NCBI GenBank assembly: GCA_023485845.1
Contig: JAMCZE010000010.1
Location: 89,448-153,447, forward strand
Origin: Patescibacteria group bacterium
GTDB taxonomy: Bacteria; Patescibacteriota; Microgenomatia; JAMCZE01
Direction of reading: 5' to 3'
DNA: 64,000 bases
How positions within the stretch are numbered: position 1 is the first letter of the stretch; every line of letters starts with the position of its first letter. Shown here in pieces: positions 19,906-29,930 of the stretch. Below the pieces are notes generated by a model that was not told the origin of the DNA, ran no database searches, and saw only the letters and a list, made by a program, of their open reading frames with translations. The translations under genes and the position numbers were made by a program.

Positions 19906-21208
19906 GGTTATCTTTTATTGTAAACCCTTTTTCTTCGATTTGCTTCCTAATCTCATCCGCCTGGTCATACTTGCCCTGTGCCCGCAATTTCTCCCGTTTT
20001 GCCAATAGTTCCTTAATCTCCACCGGCGTTTCTTTGATCGCGTCAAGTTTTAATCCCAACACTTGATCCATTTTTAGCAGGCTTTCATAACTGTTGGTTT
20101 TCCAGGCCACCGCCAGGGCTTTCGGCAAATTTAAATCATCGTTGACCGCCGCCAAAAATTCCACTTCATCTGCAGGGGTTGAACTCCTGTTTGTGGCTTT
20201 AAGATGCTCCGCTCGCTCCCGCAGGCGGTTTAAGGCAGTTTGCGCCCCTTCCAGAGATTGCCAGGTGAAATTTAGCCCGGTGCGATAGTGGGAATTAAGA
20301 ATTAAATAACGGTGGGCCAGGGGGTCAAAACCCTTAGCGATCAAATCCTGCACCGTCACGTTATTGCCCAAACTCTTGCTCATTTTCTCGCCGTTTATCA
20401 CCAGCCACTCGTTATGAAGCCAAAAGTTGGCCGTCTGGTGGCCAAACGCGCCATAGGCTTGGGCGATTTCGTCGGTGTGGTGGACCGGGATATGCTCCTT
20501 ACCGCCGGTGTGAATGTCAAACGTTTCCCCCAGATATTTGACGGACATGGCCGTGCACTCGATGTGCCAGCCGGGAAAGCCGACGCCCCAAGGGCTGTCC
20601 CATTTCATCACGTGCTCCGGCTGGTTGGTCACCCAAAGGAGAAAGTCCCAGGGCTGTTTTTTCCCCGGATCCACCGCCACCCGCGCCCCGGCCTCCTGTT
20701 TTTTTAAATTTAACTTAGCAAATCGCGCATAATCGGGGAATTTTGCCGTGTCAAAAACCAAACCGGTGGCCGTTTTATAGGCAAATCCGTTCGCTTCAAT
20801 TTTTTTAATTAATTCGATTTGTTCGGGAATATGCTGCGTCGCCCGGCACAAAACATCCGGCTGTTGGACATTTAAAGCCTCCATGCTATCGATGAATTGG
20901 GAAATATATTTGTCGGCAATCTGCCAGACGGACAGACCTTCCCGCTTAGCGCCCTTTTCCATTTTGTCTTCACCGGCGTCTTCGTCGGAAGTCATGTGGC
21001 CAACGTCGGTGATGTTCATCACCCATTTAACCGCCACTTTCTCAAAACGCAGCGCCCGCACCAAACAATCCCAGTGGACATAGGCATACATGTGGCCCAG
21101 ATGCTGGTTCCAATAAACCGTCGGGCCGCAGGAATAGATCCCGACCTGGCCCTCTTTGATCGGTCGAAATTCCTCAATTTTCCGAGTTAAAGTATTAAAT
21201 AATTTCAC
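19892..21208 (-). CDS. cysS: Cysteine--tRNA ligase
   Basis: CGPTVY...HLGH, SPWG.GFPGWHIEC, DIH.GG, KMSKS. Confidence 0.97.
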   Translation of the reverse strand: MKLFNTLTRKIEEFRPIKEGQVGIYSCGPTVYWNQHLGHMYAYVHWDCLVRALRFEKVAVKWVMNITDVGHMTSDEDAGEDKMEKGAKREGLSVWQIADKYISQFIDSMEALNVQQPDVLCRATQHIPEQIELIKKIEANGFAYKTATGLVFDTAKFPDYARFAKLNLKKQEAGARVAVDPGKKQPWDFLLWVTNQPEHVMKWDSPWGVGFPGWHIECTAMSVKYLGETFDIHTGGKEHIPVHHTDEIAQAYGAFGHQTANFWLHNEWLVINGEKMSKSLGNNVTVQDLIAKGFDPLAHRYLILNSHYRTGLNFTWQSLEGAQTALNRLRERAEHLKATNRSSTPADEVEFLAAVNDDLNLPKALAVAWKTNSYESLLKMDQVLGLKLDAIKETPVEIKELLAKREKLRAQGKYDQADEIRKQIEEKGFTIKDNRVGK

Positions 21209-21630
21209 CTGAATGGATTATATATTTTTACTTCCTTGCTGGCCGAAAAGTGCTTATCTTCGCTAACTAAAAAATCCATCGTATGAGCCTGGGCGGTCGC
21301 CATTAAAAAAAGGTCCATCACGTGCAATTTGCTACTTTTAAGATATTTACTAAAAATATTAATCGTTTCCTGGTTCGGATAAATGACTGTCAGCTCAGAA
21401 ATAAGTTTCTCAATACCCACCGAGATAGAAGTGCCATCCACATGATAGGTGTTTTGTAGGACGGATGATAATTCTAAAATATTCTGCGAAGAAATAAAGC
21501 CAGACAGTTCACCATCAGAAATCCTTTCAAACAGAGGCCGCACCAAACTATGCTTTTGCGATTGTGCATTTAAATATGCTACTAAAATGTTAGTGTCCAA
21601 CAGGCACTTTGCGCCGGAGGTAGGAATCAT
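21205..21630 (-). CDS. PIN-domain toxin (VapC-like)
   Basis: LLDTNILV, E, D..LMATA, SED.HF acidic tetrad. Confidence 0.88.
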   Translation of the reverse strand: MIPTSGAKCLLDTNILVAYLNAQSQKHSLVRPLFERISDGELSGFISSQNILELSSVLQNTYHVDGTSISVGIEKLISELTVIYPNQETINIFSKYLKSSKLHVMDLFLMATAQAHTMDFLVSEDKHFSASKEVKIYNPFR

Positions 21631-21835
21631 AGAGCTCCTCTCTGGACGGGGGGTTCTTCCCGCCAAGATTGTATTTACCAGCAAGATCCATTAACTTACT
21701 TGCCTTGGGCCTAGTTCCACCCAATTTTTTCTGGACTATCCCAGAAAAGGACGTTCTTTGTTGAAACGCCTCAAGGCGCAAAGTTTCATACAGATCTTGC
21801 GGCATAGTGATGGTGGTGCGGACTAATGCGTTCAT
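21590..21835 (-). CDS. Putative antitoxin (RHH-like)
   Basis: VRTTITMP..LY..L N-terminus; overlaps PIN gene. Confidence 0.75.
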   Translation of the reverse strand: MNALVRTTITMPQDLYETLRLEAFQQRTSFSGIVQKKLGGTRPKASKLMDLAGKYNLGGKNPPSREELYDSYLRRKVPVGH

Positions 21836-21866
21836 ACTTGAATATTATCATACAATCATACTCTTG

Positions 21867-22265
21867 TCAACCACCAACTGCTCCTTTAAACTCCCCCGTG
21901 GATTTGGAGGACTTGAGCATTTTGGCGACAGCGTCATCGGCTGGTTTTTGAACCGGTGCCGGTTCCACTGTCTGGTTTGTCTGATTAGTCTGGTTCATCT
22001 GCGATGTCTTTAAGCGCTGGCGCGCTAGCTCTTCGCGGACTTTTTTGATGCGCATCTGTGCCAACTGGGCCACCTGCTGATTGAGTTTTGTCAGCACTGG
22101 CTTGCTGGGAACCGGCTTGCCTGTGACCAAGTCTTTCTTGTCATCCGGCGACGGTGGCGCTGGTTTGGCAGTCACCTGCTTTTTGACCACCCGCACCCCC
22201 TCTTCCAGTTTTTCCCCCAATTCGTCAGAGAATTTATTTTGCAAATTATTACTATCCATTACCAA
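21867..22265 (-). CDS. Hypothetical protein
   Basis: 132-aa ORF with NQT x3 from a 9-nt repeat. Confidence 0.65.
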   Translation of the reverse strand: MVMDSNNLQNKFSDELGEKLEEGVRVVKKQVTAKPAPPSPDDKKDLVTGKPVPSKPVLTKLNQQVAQLAQMRIKKVREELARQRLKTSQMNQTNQTNQTVEPAPVQKPADDAVAKMLKSSKSTGEFKGAVGG

Positions 22266-22288
22266 TTATTCTACTACAGCGATAACGG

Positions 22289-22372
22289 TTTGAGCGAGTA
22301 AAAAGCGCAGACGGGGCACCGCGAGCGCAGCGAAGTGGTCAAAGAGCGAGCATTTTTACCGCGAAAACCTCG
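22289..22372. repeat. REP-like intergenic element
   Basis: GTAAAAA...TTTTTAC arms with GAGCGAG / GCGAGCGCAGCGA motifs. Confidence 0.45.
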
Positions 22373-22373
22373 A

Positions 22374-23336
22374 TCAGATAACCGCCGGCTCCAGAATTTC
22401 CAACCGCATTTTCTTTGTGTCCATCCCCGCCACCACCCCCACCGGCACGGTGGCTTGCGGGACTTCATGGCCGAAATCCACACCATAAATAATCGGGAAC
22501 CCGAACGGCTCGGTGGCTTCCAAAAGCAGCTCTTTTTTGGTCGGGAAATTTTGATAGTCAAGCTCTTTAACCGCTGTTAATTTGCCCACCAGCATCCCGG
22601 CCACCCGTTTGAGAAACCCGCTGTTGCGAATCTGCCAAAAGTTGCGCATGATCTCACTAAACTGATCATAACCCTCCTCCCAGAAGAAGATAAATTTCTG
22701 GTCTTTGCCAAAAACCCGGTCCAAGGCGGCAATCGGATCCCATGGTGTGCCCAAAAGTTTGCAGATACAGCTTAAATTGCCGCCGAACAAAACTCCCTGG
22801 GCTGCGCCATCGCGCATTGATTGCCACACCGACTGCGGCTCAATCACTTCTTCGCCAGAAGTGGTCGTCAGCATTTTCCAAAAGCAACTCACCGTGTAGC
22901 CGGTGATCTTTCGCGTCGGGAAGAAAGCCGCGTTGGGACTATGGAAAGTGACCATGGCGCATTTAACCAGCAGAGCCATCTGGATGGTGGTCGCGTCGGA
23001 ATAACCGGCGAAGATTTTGGGGTTTTTGCAAATCGCGTCGAAATCCAGCAATTCCAACTCCTGGGAGCCGACAAAACCGCCGACGGCGGAGAAAACGGCC
23101 TTCACATTGGGATCGGCAAAAGCGGCGTTGAGGTCATCCGCCCGCTGCCGAGCGGAACCGGCGCTGTAGTCCCCCACACTGGCCATGATGTTAGCGCCAA
23201 ACTTAATCTCGTGGTTAAATTTGCGAAAAAATGCTTCCATCCCTGCTTTTTCCGAAGCTAAAATCGGCTCCGACGGCGCCACCACGGCCACGACGTCCCC
23301 CTTCTCGAGCGCTTTTGGTTTAACAATCCCGGCCAT
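22374..23336 (-). CDS. LD-carboxypeptidase (S66, LdcA/MccF family)
   Basis: GD.VAVVAPS, GYSD.T, GGNL, EE, FGH triad. Confidence 0.92.
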   Translation of the reverse strand: MAGIVKPKALEKGDVVAVVAPSEPILASEKAGMEAFFRKFNHEIKFGANIMASVGDYSAGSARQRADDLNAAFADPNVKAVFSAVGGFVGSQELELLDFDAICKNPKIFAGYSDATTIQMALLVKCAMVTFHSPNAAFFPTRKITGYTVSCFWKMLTTTSGEEVIEPQSVWQSMRDGAAQGVLFGGNLSCICKLLGTPWDPIAALDRVFGKDQKFIFFWEEGYDQFSEIMRNFWQIRNSGFLKRVAGMLVGKLTAVKELDYQNFPTKKELLLEATEPFGFPIIYGVDFGHEVPQATVPVGVVAGMDTKKMRLEILEPAVI

Positions 23337-23345
23337 GAACCTATT

Positions 23346-23951
23346 TTACTCGTAATCCCGTCTTCCTTCCAGTGCCCGACTTAGGGTGGTTTCGTCGGCA
23401 TACTGGATATCTCCGCCGGTGGGCATACCCATCCCCAAACGTGTCACCTTTAGCTTGTAGCTTTTAGCTTGTAGCTTTTTAGCGATGAACATCGCGGTCG
23501 CTTCACCCTCCATCGTCGGATTCAACGCCAAGATGATCTCACTTACCTGCTCTCCTGCTATCCTGCTTACTAGACTTTCTATATACAATTCTTCCGGCCC
23601 GATGTTATGCAGGGGATCAATCACCCCATGAAGAACGTGGTAGAGGCCGTTATATTTGCCCACCTTTTCCAAGCTGAAAACGTCCAACGGCGTCTCCACC
23701 ACACAGATTATCCGCTGATTTCGCCGATCATCGACGCATATTTCGCAGACTTCAGTTTCGCAAAAGTTTTTGCAAACCGAGCACAGCTGAATGCCAGATT
23801 TGAGATTAAGCACCGCTTCCCCGAATTTTTTCACTTCCGGCTCCGGCATATGGAGAAGATAGAACGCCAGCCGGGCGGCGCTCTTTGGCCCCACTCCCGG
23901 GAGGCGTTCAAACGCCTCGGTTAGATCCTGGATTTGTTTGGGAAAGGTCAT
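23346..23951 (-). CDS. recR: Recombination mediator RecR
   Basis: LPGVGPKSA.RLA, C4 zinc finger, Toprim ICVVE, EGEAT. Confidence 0.97.
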   Translation of the reverse strand: MTFPKQIQDLTEAFERLPGVGPKSAARLAFYLLHMPEPEVKKFGEAVLNLKSGIQLCSVCKNFCETEVCEICVDDRRNQRIICVVETPLDVFSLEKVGKYNGLYHVLHGVIDPLHNIGPEELYIESLVSRIAGEQVSEIILALNPTMEGEATAMFIAKKLQAKSYKLKVTRLGMGMPTGGDIQYADETTLSRALEGRRDYE

Positions 23952-24241
23952 TGTGCCACCCCACCCATTCCGCCGGACAGCTGTTGAAGTTTGCCGGCCG
24001 CGACCATCTGCGATTTATAGAGCACTTCCCCCAGCGCCGCTTCCAGTTCATAGTCCCGGGTGCCGTCAACGGACACCTCCACCACTTTTTGGTCCCCGGT
24101 TAAAACAATTTTCAGTAACCCCTTAGCCGTTTGCTTGGTCACCTCCACTTGCTCGGCCGCCAGCTGCTGCTGGATTTTCTGTGCTGTTTGGCGCATCTGA
24201 TTAAGATCGCCAAGTTGTTTTAAGCCATCAAACATTCCCAT
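23948..24241 (-). CDS. ybaB: YbaB/EbfC nucleoid-associated protein
   Basis: Size, AQKIQ..L motif, dnaX-ybaB-recR synteny. Confidence 0.85.
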   Translation of the reverse strand: MGMFDGLKQLGDLNQMRQTAQKIQQQLAAEQVEVTKQTAKGLLKIVLTGDQKVVEVSVDGTRDYELEAALGEVLYKSQMVAAGKLQQLSGGMGGVAQ

Positions 24242-25545
24242 TATTTCTCACCTCTTTCTTTTTGTCCCTGGACAAATTTCACTTTAATTGTCCGACCCAT
24301 TATATCAGAAATAGCCTTTTCCAAAATCTCCCGATTCTTGGCCTCCTCCAGCCGATCCTTGTGAAATTTATAAAACACTTCCAGGGTTAAAAACCCATCG
24401 GTCAGCTCTTTTGGCCGGCTGGCCCGAAGCAGGGCCACCAAACCATGATTGTGTTCCTTGGTTTTAACTAAAATTTCTTCCCAGGGAACGGGCGAAACGG
24501 ACGGATCGGGGCGTTTGGGCTTATCCGGAATACTGGAGGCAATTATAGAATCTTGTTTACCACACCATTCGATCACCACCATTTCTAATGGCAGTGACGG
24601 CACCGGACAATCACGCATCAAGCTATAAGCCCCGATCAATTTATTTATTAGATCGGTGGTGTTAACCATATCAACACTTCCGGATAATAATTTATTTCTA
24701 AGATTGCTAATTAGTTCACTAATAAGCTCTTTTATTTTTCCATCACCGGCAGCATAGTCACCAATTAATTTTAACGCCGCTTTTGAATCCTTGTTTTCCA
24801 GAGATTGCAGGAGCTTATCCGCCAAATCGGGACTAACCCGGTTAATCGCGTCCAGGTCCGCCATTTTAATGTTAGCACTCATCATGGACAACTGCTCAAA
24901 TAGTTTCTGCGCGTCCCGATGCGCCAAACCCACCATTTCCACGATCCGTTCCAGAACTCGGTCCTCCACGGTGATTTTTTCCTGTTTAGAGATTAGCTTT
25001 AGCTTGTCAATAACGTCTTGCCGGCTGGGAGTGAAATCATAAACCAAGCAGCGGGACGTCACCGTGGCCGGAAGTTTCTGGGGATCGGTCGTCGCCAAAA
25101 CAAAAACCACATGGACCGGTGGCTCCTCTAAAATTTTAAGCAGGGCGTTGAAAGCAGAGTTGGAGAGCATGTGAACTTCGTCGATGATGTAGACTTTATA
25201 ACGGCTGGAGCTGGGGGTCAGCTTGGCTTTCTCCCGCAGATCACGGATATCATCCACGCCGGTGTTGGATGCGGCGTCGATTTCAATCACATCCAACGAC
25301 GAACCAGCGGTGATTGCCCGGCAGGAGTCACATTTATTGCACGGCTCCTGCCCAATTTGGCGCTTCTCGCAATTAAGGATTTTGGCAATCAGCCGGGCCG
25401 TGGTGGTCTTGCCCGTGCCCTTTGGGCCAATTAGCAGATAGGCATGTGCCCACTTATTCTCCAATAGCGCCTTGCCCAGTGTTTCCCGGACCCGTTTGTT
25501 GTCCAACTCACCAATGGTTTGCGGCCTATATTTAAGAAAGAACAT
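24241..25545 (-). CDS. dnaX: DNA polymerase III subunit gamma/tau
   Basis: KYRP, GPKGTGKTT, EIDAAS, IIDEVHML, SRC. Confidence 0.97.
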   Translation of the reverse strand: MFFLKYRPQTIGELDNKRVRETLGKALLENKWAHAYLLIGPKGTGKTTTARLIAKILNCEKRQIGQEPCNKCDSCRAITAGSSLDVIEIDAASNTGVDDIRDLREKAKLTPSSSRYKVYIIDEVHMLSNSAFNALLKILEEPPVHVVFVLATTDPQKLPATVTSRCLVYDFTPSRQDVIDKLKLISKQEKITVEDRVLERIVEMVGLAHRDAQKLFEQLSMMSANIKMADLDAINRVSPDLADKLLQSLENKDSKAALKLIGDYAAGDGKIKELISELISNLRNKLLSGSVDMVNTTDLINKLIGAYSLMRDCPVPSLPLEMVVIEWCGKQDSIIASSIPDKPKRPDPSVSPVPWEEILVKTKEHNHGLVALLRASRPKELTDGFLTLEVFYKFHKDRLEEAKNREILEKAISDIMGRTIKVKFVQGQKERGEK

Positions 25546-25898
25546 TATTCGTGGTGGATGCCAAGCAGATGTAACACGCCGTGGGAAACCAGCTCCCCGA
25601 TCTTGGTGTCCACCAAAACATTATCGTCGTTTGCCTCCCGTTGCGCCAGGGGGTAACAAACAGCAATGTCTCCCAACACCGGGAAACCTTCCTGGGGAAA
25701 CGACAAAACGTTATGGGGAGTGTTGTCCCGCAGATATTTTTTGGCCAGTGCCTGGCTTTTGCGCCGGCCGCAGATTAAAACGGAAACTTCCACTTCCGAA
25801 GTCACCCGCCGCTCCCGCAGCGTTGCTTCCACCGCCGCCTTAATTTTGGCTTTGTTCACCGGAAACTTTGAGTCCGCAGAAATCAGAACATGTGCCAT
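25545..25898 (-). CDS. ybeY: rRNA maturation RNase YbeY
   Basis: VLSFP, LGDI, HGVLHLLGIHH. Confidence 0.93.
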   Translation of the reverse strand: MAHVLISADSKFPVNKAKIKAAVEATLRERRVTSEVEVSVLICGRRKSQALAKKYLRDNTPHNVLSFPQEGFPVLGDIAVCYPLAQREANDDNVLVDTKIGELVSHGVLHLLGIHHE

Positions 25899-25918
25899 AA
25901 GTGACTAGGTTCTAGGCT

Positions 25919-26365
25919 CTAGTCACTAGCCACTAGAACCTCTTTCGTTATTTGTGCAATTATTGCCCCGTCGGCTTTGCCGCGCAGCTCCCCCATGGCC
26001 AGTTTCATCAGGGTCGGAAAATCGGCAGTTTGGTTCTGGGTTTTTAGATCTTTGATCTTAGATCTTATATCTTCCTCGGACATTTGCGCCGGCAAATAGC
26101 TTTGAAGAATTGCCAGTTGAGCTGACTCCCGCTCCACCAAATCCGTCCGTTTGGCCTGGGTGAACATCTCAATTGACTCTTTATGAGTTTTCACCTGTTT
26201 GGCAACAACCGATAAAACATCGGCGTCGGTGGCCACATAATCCTTGCCTTTCTCTATTTGGAAGTTAAAAATTGCCCCCAAGAGAAAACGCAACGTATCG
26301 ACCCGCGTCTGATCCCTGTTCTTCTGTGCTTGTGCCAATTCTTGTTGAATCTGATCTAACAACAT
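25919..26365 (-). CDS. GatB/YqeY domain protein
   Basis: ESIE.F....R.DL...E..QL.IL..YLP.QMS; follows rpsU. Confidence 0.9.
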   Translation of the reverse strand: MLLDQIQQELAQAQKNRDQTRVDTLRFLLGAIFNFQIEKGKDYVATDADVLSVVAKQVKTHKESIEMFTQAKRTDLVERESAQLAILQSYLPAQMSEEDIRSKIKDLKTQNQTADFPTLMKLAMGELRGKADGAIIAQITKEVLVASD

Positions 26366-26370
26366 GACAG

Positions 26371-26463
26371 AAATTCAAAACTCAAAAATCAAAATGCAAA
26401 ATTGCAATTCAAAATTAAAAATTTAAGCTTGAATTTTTGACTTTTAAATTTTGATTTTTAACT
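26371..26463. repeat. Degenerate 7-nt-period quasi-palindrome, copy 3
   Basis: Shares a 43-nt identical core with 1691-1733; fills the rpsU-yqeY gap. Confidence 0.88.
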
Positions 26464-26645
26464 TAGTACGTTCGTCGGTTCGGGTGCTTGCGCGCCATTG
26501 CTTTATTCTTCTTAATTGTCGCCGGCTTTTGGTAATATTCCCGCTTTTTGAGCTCCCCTAAAATATCCTCGTTCAAAACTTTCTTTTGAAAGGCGCGAAT
26601 AACCTGATCTGATGATTGCCCCGGTTGTGCTTTGACCATGACCAT
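26463..26645 (-). CDS. rpsU: 30S ribosomal protein S21
   Basis: IR.F.KKV....I..E.KKREYY.KP; SD GGAGGT. Confidence 0.9.
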   Translation of the reverse strand: MVMVKAQPGQSSDQVIRAFQKKVLNEDILGELKKREYYQKPATIKKNKAMARKHPNRRTY

Positions 26646-26664
26646 TTTTCATAACACCTCCCTT

Positions 26665-26755
26665 AGAAGCTCTTTGCGGTTATGCTTCAGCAAAGAGCAT
26701 TAGAGCTTCTTAGGTCCGTCCGAAGTCCCGATGGACATCGGGACGAAGGCGGACC
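26665..26755. repeat. Two adjacent hairpins / REP-like palindrome upstream of rpsU
   Basis: AGAAGCTCT...AGAGCTTCT and GGTCCG-CCGAAG-TCCCGATG/CATCGGGA-CGAAG-GCGGACC. Confidence 0.65.
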
Positions 26756-26761
26756 ACATTT

Positions 26762-27088
26762 TCATACCTTTTCCGCAACATTTATTGGCGCCAGCAGATG
26801 AAAATGCAGGTGCGGCACTCCCATGGCCGCTCCCCCATTCACTTCCACCCGGTAACCTTGTTTTGCCAGCCCTATGTTGTTAATCAAGTCGGTAATTTTG
26901 TTTTTAATTGCCACCAGAACGTCTGCCGAAACCTGCGTAAAGTCCGCAACGTGCTCGGTGGGAATGACCAGAAAATGCGTTGGTTTAACTGGGTTTGCGT
27001 CCTTAAAAACTAAAATTTTGTCATCACGATATATTTCCGTGGCCGGAATTTCCCCCTTCACAATCTTGCAAAACACGCAATCTTCCAT
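26762..27088 (-). CDS. HIT family nucleotide-binding protein
   Basis: DCVFCKI, H.LVIP..H, HLHFH triad. Confidence 0.93.
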   Translation of the reverse strand: MEDCVFCKIVKGEIPATEIYRDDKILVFKDANPVKPTHFLVIPTEHVADFTQVSADVLVAIKNKITDLINNIGLAKQGYRVEVNGGAAMGVPHLHFHLLAPINVAEKV

Positions 27089-27101
27089 GTCAAGAAGGAT
27101 T

Positions 27102-28262
27102 TTAGTCCAGAAGGCTGGCAATATCAATAAGCTTTATTGCTTCACTGTCCCGGCGCTTGGCTTCAATCTTGTCCCCCGTTTTGTCAGAAACAACTAGACG
27201 GATGGGGCAACCTAGCAAATCGGCGTCGGCGAATTTCTCTCCGGCCGAAACGTCCCGGTCATCAAAAAGAACATCATCACCGAGCTTTTTATAAACATCT
27301 TCCCCTTTTCCATTAAGTCCGACCAGATGATACTTAAACGGTGCCACCGACCCCGGCCAGATTATTCCTTTGTCATCATGGAAAATTTCCACAATCGCCC
27401 CCATCAGTCGGGTTTGACCAATTCCATAGCTGCCAAACCACACCGGCTTCTTTGTCCCATCCTTGTCGGTGAAATCAACGCCCATTTTTTCGCTGTAATA
27501 AGTCCCAAAAGAAAAAATGTTCCCCACTTCAATCGCCTGGACTTTTTTATAATCTTTTTCTTCCCCCGCAAAAATCTCTTTATTAATCCCGGTGCCCGTT
27601 TTGGGATCAACATAAATCACGTCCTCGCCGGACGAGGCAGCCACTTGGAACTCATGGGTGTGGTTGCCGGTGAAAACACCACCAGCCGCCTCCGTGACAA
27701 TGACATCTAACCCCACCCGCTTGAAAATCTTTAGATAAGCTTGCTTAACTTCCTCGTAATATTTCCAAAAATCCTCTTCGCTGGCATGAAGACTATAAAG
27801 ATCCTTCATTAAAAATTCCCGACCGCGCAAAATGCCGCCAGTGGCCCGGGCCTCATTGCGAAACTTGGTCGAGAAATGATAGATTTTAATCGGCAGATCT
27901 AAATAGGACTCGAGGTGCTTGCGGACTAAATCTAAAACCACTTCTTCATGTGTGAAGGCCAGACCAAAATTGTCCAATTGGTACATCACTTCGGCGGCAG
28001 ATTCCCAGCGGCCTGTTTCCTCCCAAACCTCTTTGGGGTGCAAGAGCGGCATGAGCATTTCCTGCGCCCCAGTGGCGTTCATTTCTTCCCGAATAATCTG
28101 CGTGATTTTGGCCACCACCCGCCAGCCAAGCGGCAAGAGCGTCCAGGAACCGGCCATTAACTGATCAATATAACCGCCCCGGACCAGTAGCTTGTGATTA
28201 GCCGCCACCGCGTCTTTAGGCGCGTCCCGTTTAGTTTTGGGAAAAAGTTGCGAATAGCGCAT
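27102..28262 (-). CDS. proS: Proline--tRNA ligase (short form, no INS editing domain)
   Basis: FTHEE, KFRNE.R...G.LRGREF.MKD.YS, IEVGNIF, YGIG..R. Confidence 0.96.
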   Translation of the reverse strand: MRYSQLFPKTKRDAPKDAVAANHKLLVRGGYIDQLMAGSWTLLPLGWRVVAKITQIIREEMNATGAQEMLMPLLHPKEVWEETGRWESAAEVMYQLDNFGLAFTHEEVVLDLVRKHLESYLDLPIKIYHFSTKFRNEARATGGILRGREFLMKDLYSLHASEEDFWKYYEEVKQAYLKIFKRVGLDVIVTEAAGGVFTGNHTHEFQVAASSGEDVIYVDPKTGTGINKEIFAGEEKDYKKVQAIEVGNIFSFGTYYSEKMGVDFTDKDGTKKPVWFGSYGIGQTRLMGAIVEIFHDDKGIIWPGSVAPFKYHLVGLNGKGEDVYKKLGDDVLFDDRDVSAGEKFADADLLGCPIRLVVSDKTGDKIEAKRRDSEAIKLIDIASLLD

Positions 28263-28266
28263 GGCC

Positions 28267-29394
28267 TTATCTTACCAAAAATTTCTTCACGTCGTTGAAG
28301 CTGATTAGAAAGATCAACCCCAACAGCAAGAACATCCCGATCTGGTTAATCAAATTTTCTTTTTTGGCGGATAGCTTTTTTCCGGAAACGGCTTCCACCA
28401 GGAGAAAAGCCAGTCGGCCGCCATCCAGCGCCGGAATTGGTAAAATGTTCATAAAGGCCAGGGACAAGGACAACAGGCCGACAAAATTAAGCATGGTGGT
28501 CACCGCCGCCGTGCCGCCTAGACCAATAATTGTTCCCACCGCCCCGGCAATGCCCACCGGGCCGGAAACGTTTTCGGACAGCGGCGCGATGTTTTTCTCT
28601 TGGACGGAGACACTGCCGAGATGAACAAGAACTTTAATATTGTAGGCCAGCATATCCCAAGAATAGGACAAACCGGAAAAGATCTTTTGCGTCGGGCTGG
28701 CAAAACTTAGTTCCACCGCTTCGTCAATCCCCACCCCCATTGGTCCCTGGCCAAACGGCGGGGAAATCCGCGGCGTGATTGTCACCACCCGCGAGGCGCC
28801 AAAATTTTCATCGGTCAATCTTAGCGCAACCGGTTTGCCCGCTTGCGTCTTGGTGTATTTTTGGAAATCAGTTAAACTACTGAAATTTTTCCCATCCGCC
28901 GCCAACAACACATCGCCGGGATTAATTTTTGCCGTTTGGGCCGGAGAATTAGGTTGGACATAAGTGATCACCACATATTGATGACTTGGACTGGCAAAAT
29001 TATAGTCCGCCAACCGGGGAACCAAAACTTTGAAGCCAGAGGAAATTAGGAAAGCATAAAAAAGCGCCACGGCCAAAACCAGATTCATTGTCACCCCCGC
29101 CACCACCACGGCAATTCGCGCCCAGACGTTCTTTTGGCTAAAAGAGTTTTTTGATTTTTCATCCGATTCCTCACCCAGTAGTCTCACAAAACCCCCAAAA
29201 AGAACCGGATATAGGGAAACTTTCATCCCACCCTTAAGGGTTTTTGACCAAAGCGGTTTAGTAAACGGCAATCCCAGGGCAAATTCCAGCACCCCAATCC
29301 CCGCCAACCTCCCCACCACAAAATGCCCAAACTCATGGACTAAAACCAAAACCGAGAGCACCAGGAGAAAAATTATGACCGTCAAAATCATCAC
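28267..29394 (-). CDS. rseP: RIP metalloprotease RseP (M50) with PDZ
   Basis: HEFGH, GGFV, AGV.MN, NILPIPALDGG. Confidence 0.9.
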   Translation of the reverse strand: MMILTVIIFLLVLSVLVLVHEFGHFVVGRLAGIGVLEFALGLPFTKPLWSKTLKGGMKVSLYPVLFGGFVRLLGEESDEKSKNSFSQKNVWARIAVVVAGVTMNLVLAVALFYAFLISSGFKVLVPRLADYNFASPSHQYVVITYVQPNSPAQTAKINPGDVLLAADGKNFSSLTDFQKYTKTQAGKPVALRLTDENFGASRVVTITPRISPPFGQGPMGVGIDEAVELSFASPTQKIFSGLSYSWDMLAYNIKVLVHLGSVSVQEKNIAPLSENVSGPVGIAGAVGTIIGLGGTAAVTTMLNFVGLLSLSLAFMNILPIPALDGGRLAFLLVEAVSGKKLSAKKENLINQIGMFLLLGLIFLISFNDVKKFLVR

Positions 29395-29930
29395 TACAAT
29401 GTTAACAGTTCTTTCTCTTTTTCTAAAGCCAGGAGATCAAGTTCGGCGACGGTTTTGTCCGTTTGTTCCTGAATGTCTTTTTCTAGCCGTTTCATGGAAT
29501 CTTCGTCCAAATTAGCTTTTGCCGCGTCTTCCATCGCGTCGTGTCGGGCTTGGCGGGCCATCACCTTGCCACCTTCAACCTTAGTTTTGGCCAGTTTCAC
29601 ATATTCTTCCCGTCGCTCCTGGGACAATGGCGGCACCACCACCCGCACTTTGGTGTCTTCAACGGTGGCGGTCAGTCCCAAATTGGCCACCTGGATTGCT
29701 TTGGCAATCGCTTCACTATTGGCAACATCAAAGGGAGTGATCAAAAGAGTGGTCGGGTCGGTGGCGGCCACCGAACTCAGCTCCACCAATCTCATTTTCG
29801 TGCCATAAGCCTCAACAAAAAGATTTTCCACCAGGGCCGGCGAAGCCTTGCCGGTGCGGATCGTTGCCAGATCTTGCTTAACAAGCTCCAGAATTCTAGC
29901 GAACTTAGATTGTAATTCGGCTAAATTCAT
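29394..29930 (-). CDS. frr: Ribosome recycling factor
   Basis: IRTGKA.P, PPLS.ERR.E.VK, KEKELL. Confidence 0.96.
   Translation of the reverse strand: MNLAELQSKFARILELVKQDLATIRTGKASPALVENLFVEAYGTKMRLVELSSVAATDPTTLLITPFDVANSEAIAKAIQVANLGLTATVEDTKVRVVVPPLSQERREEYVKLAKTKVEGGKVMARQARHDAMEDAAKANLDEDSMKRLEKDIQEQTDKTVAELDLLALEKEKELLTL

Noticed and set aside
21205-21835. PIN toxin-antitoxin pair as a novel system
   Set aside because: It has an ordinary VapBC-like architecture.
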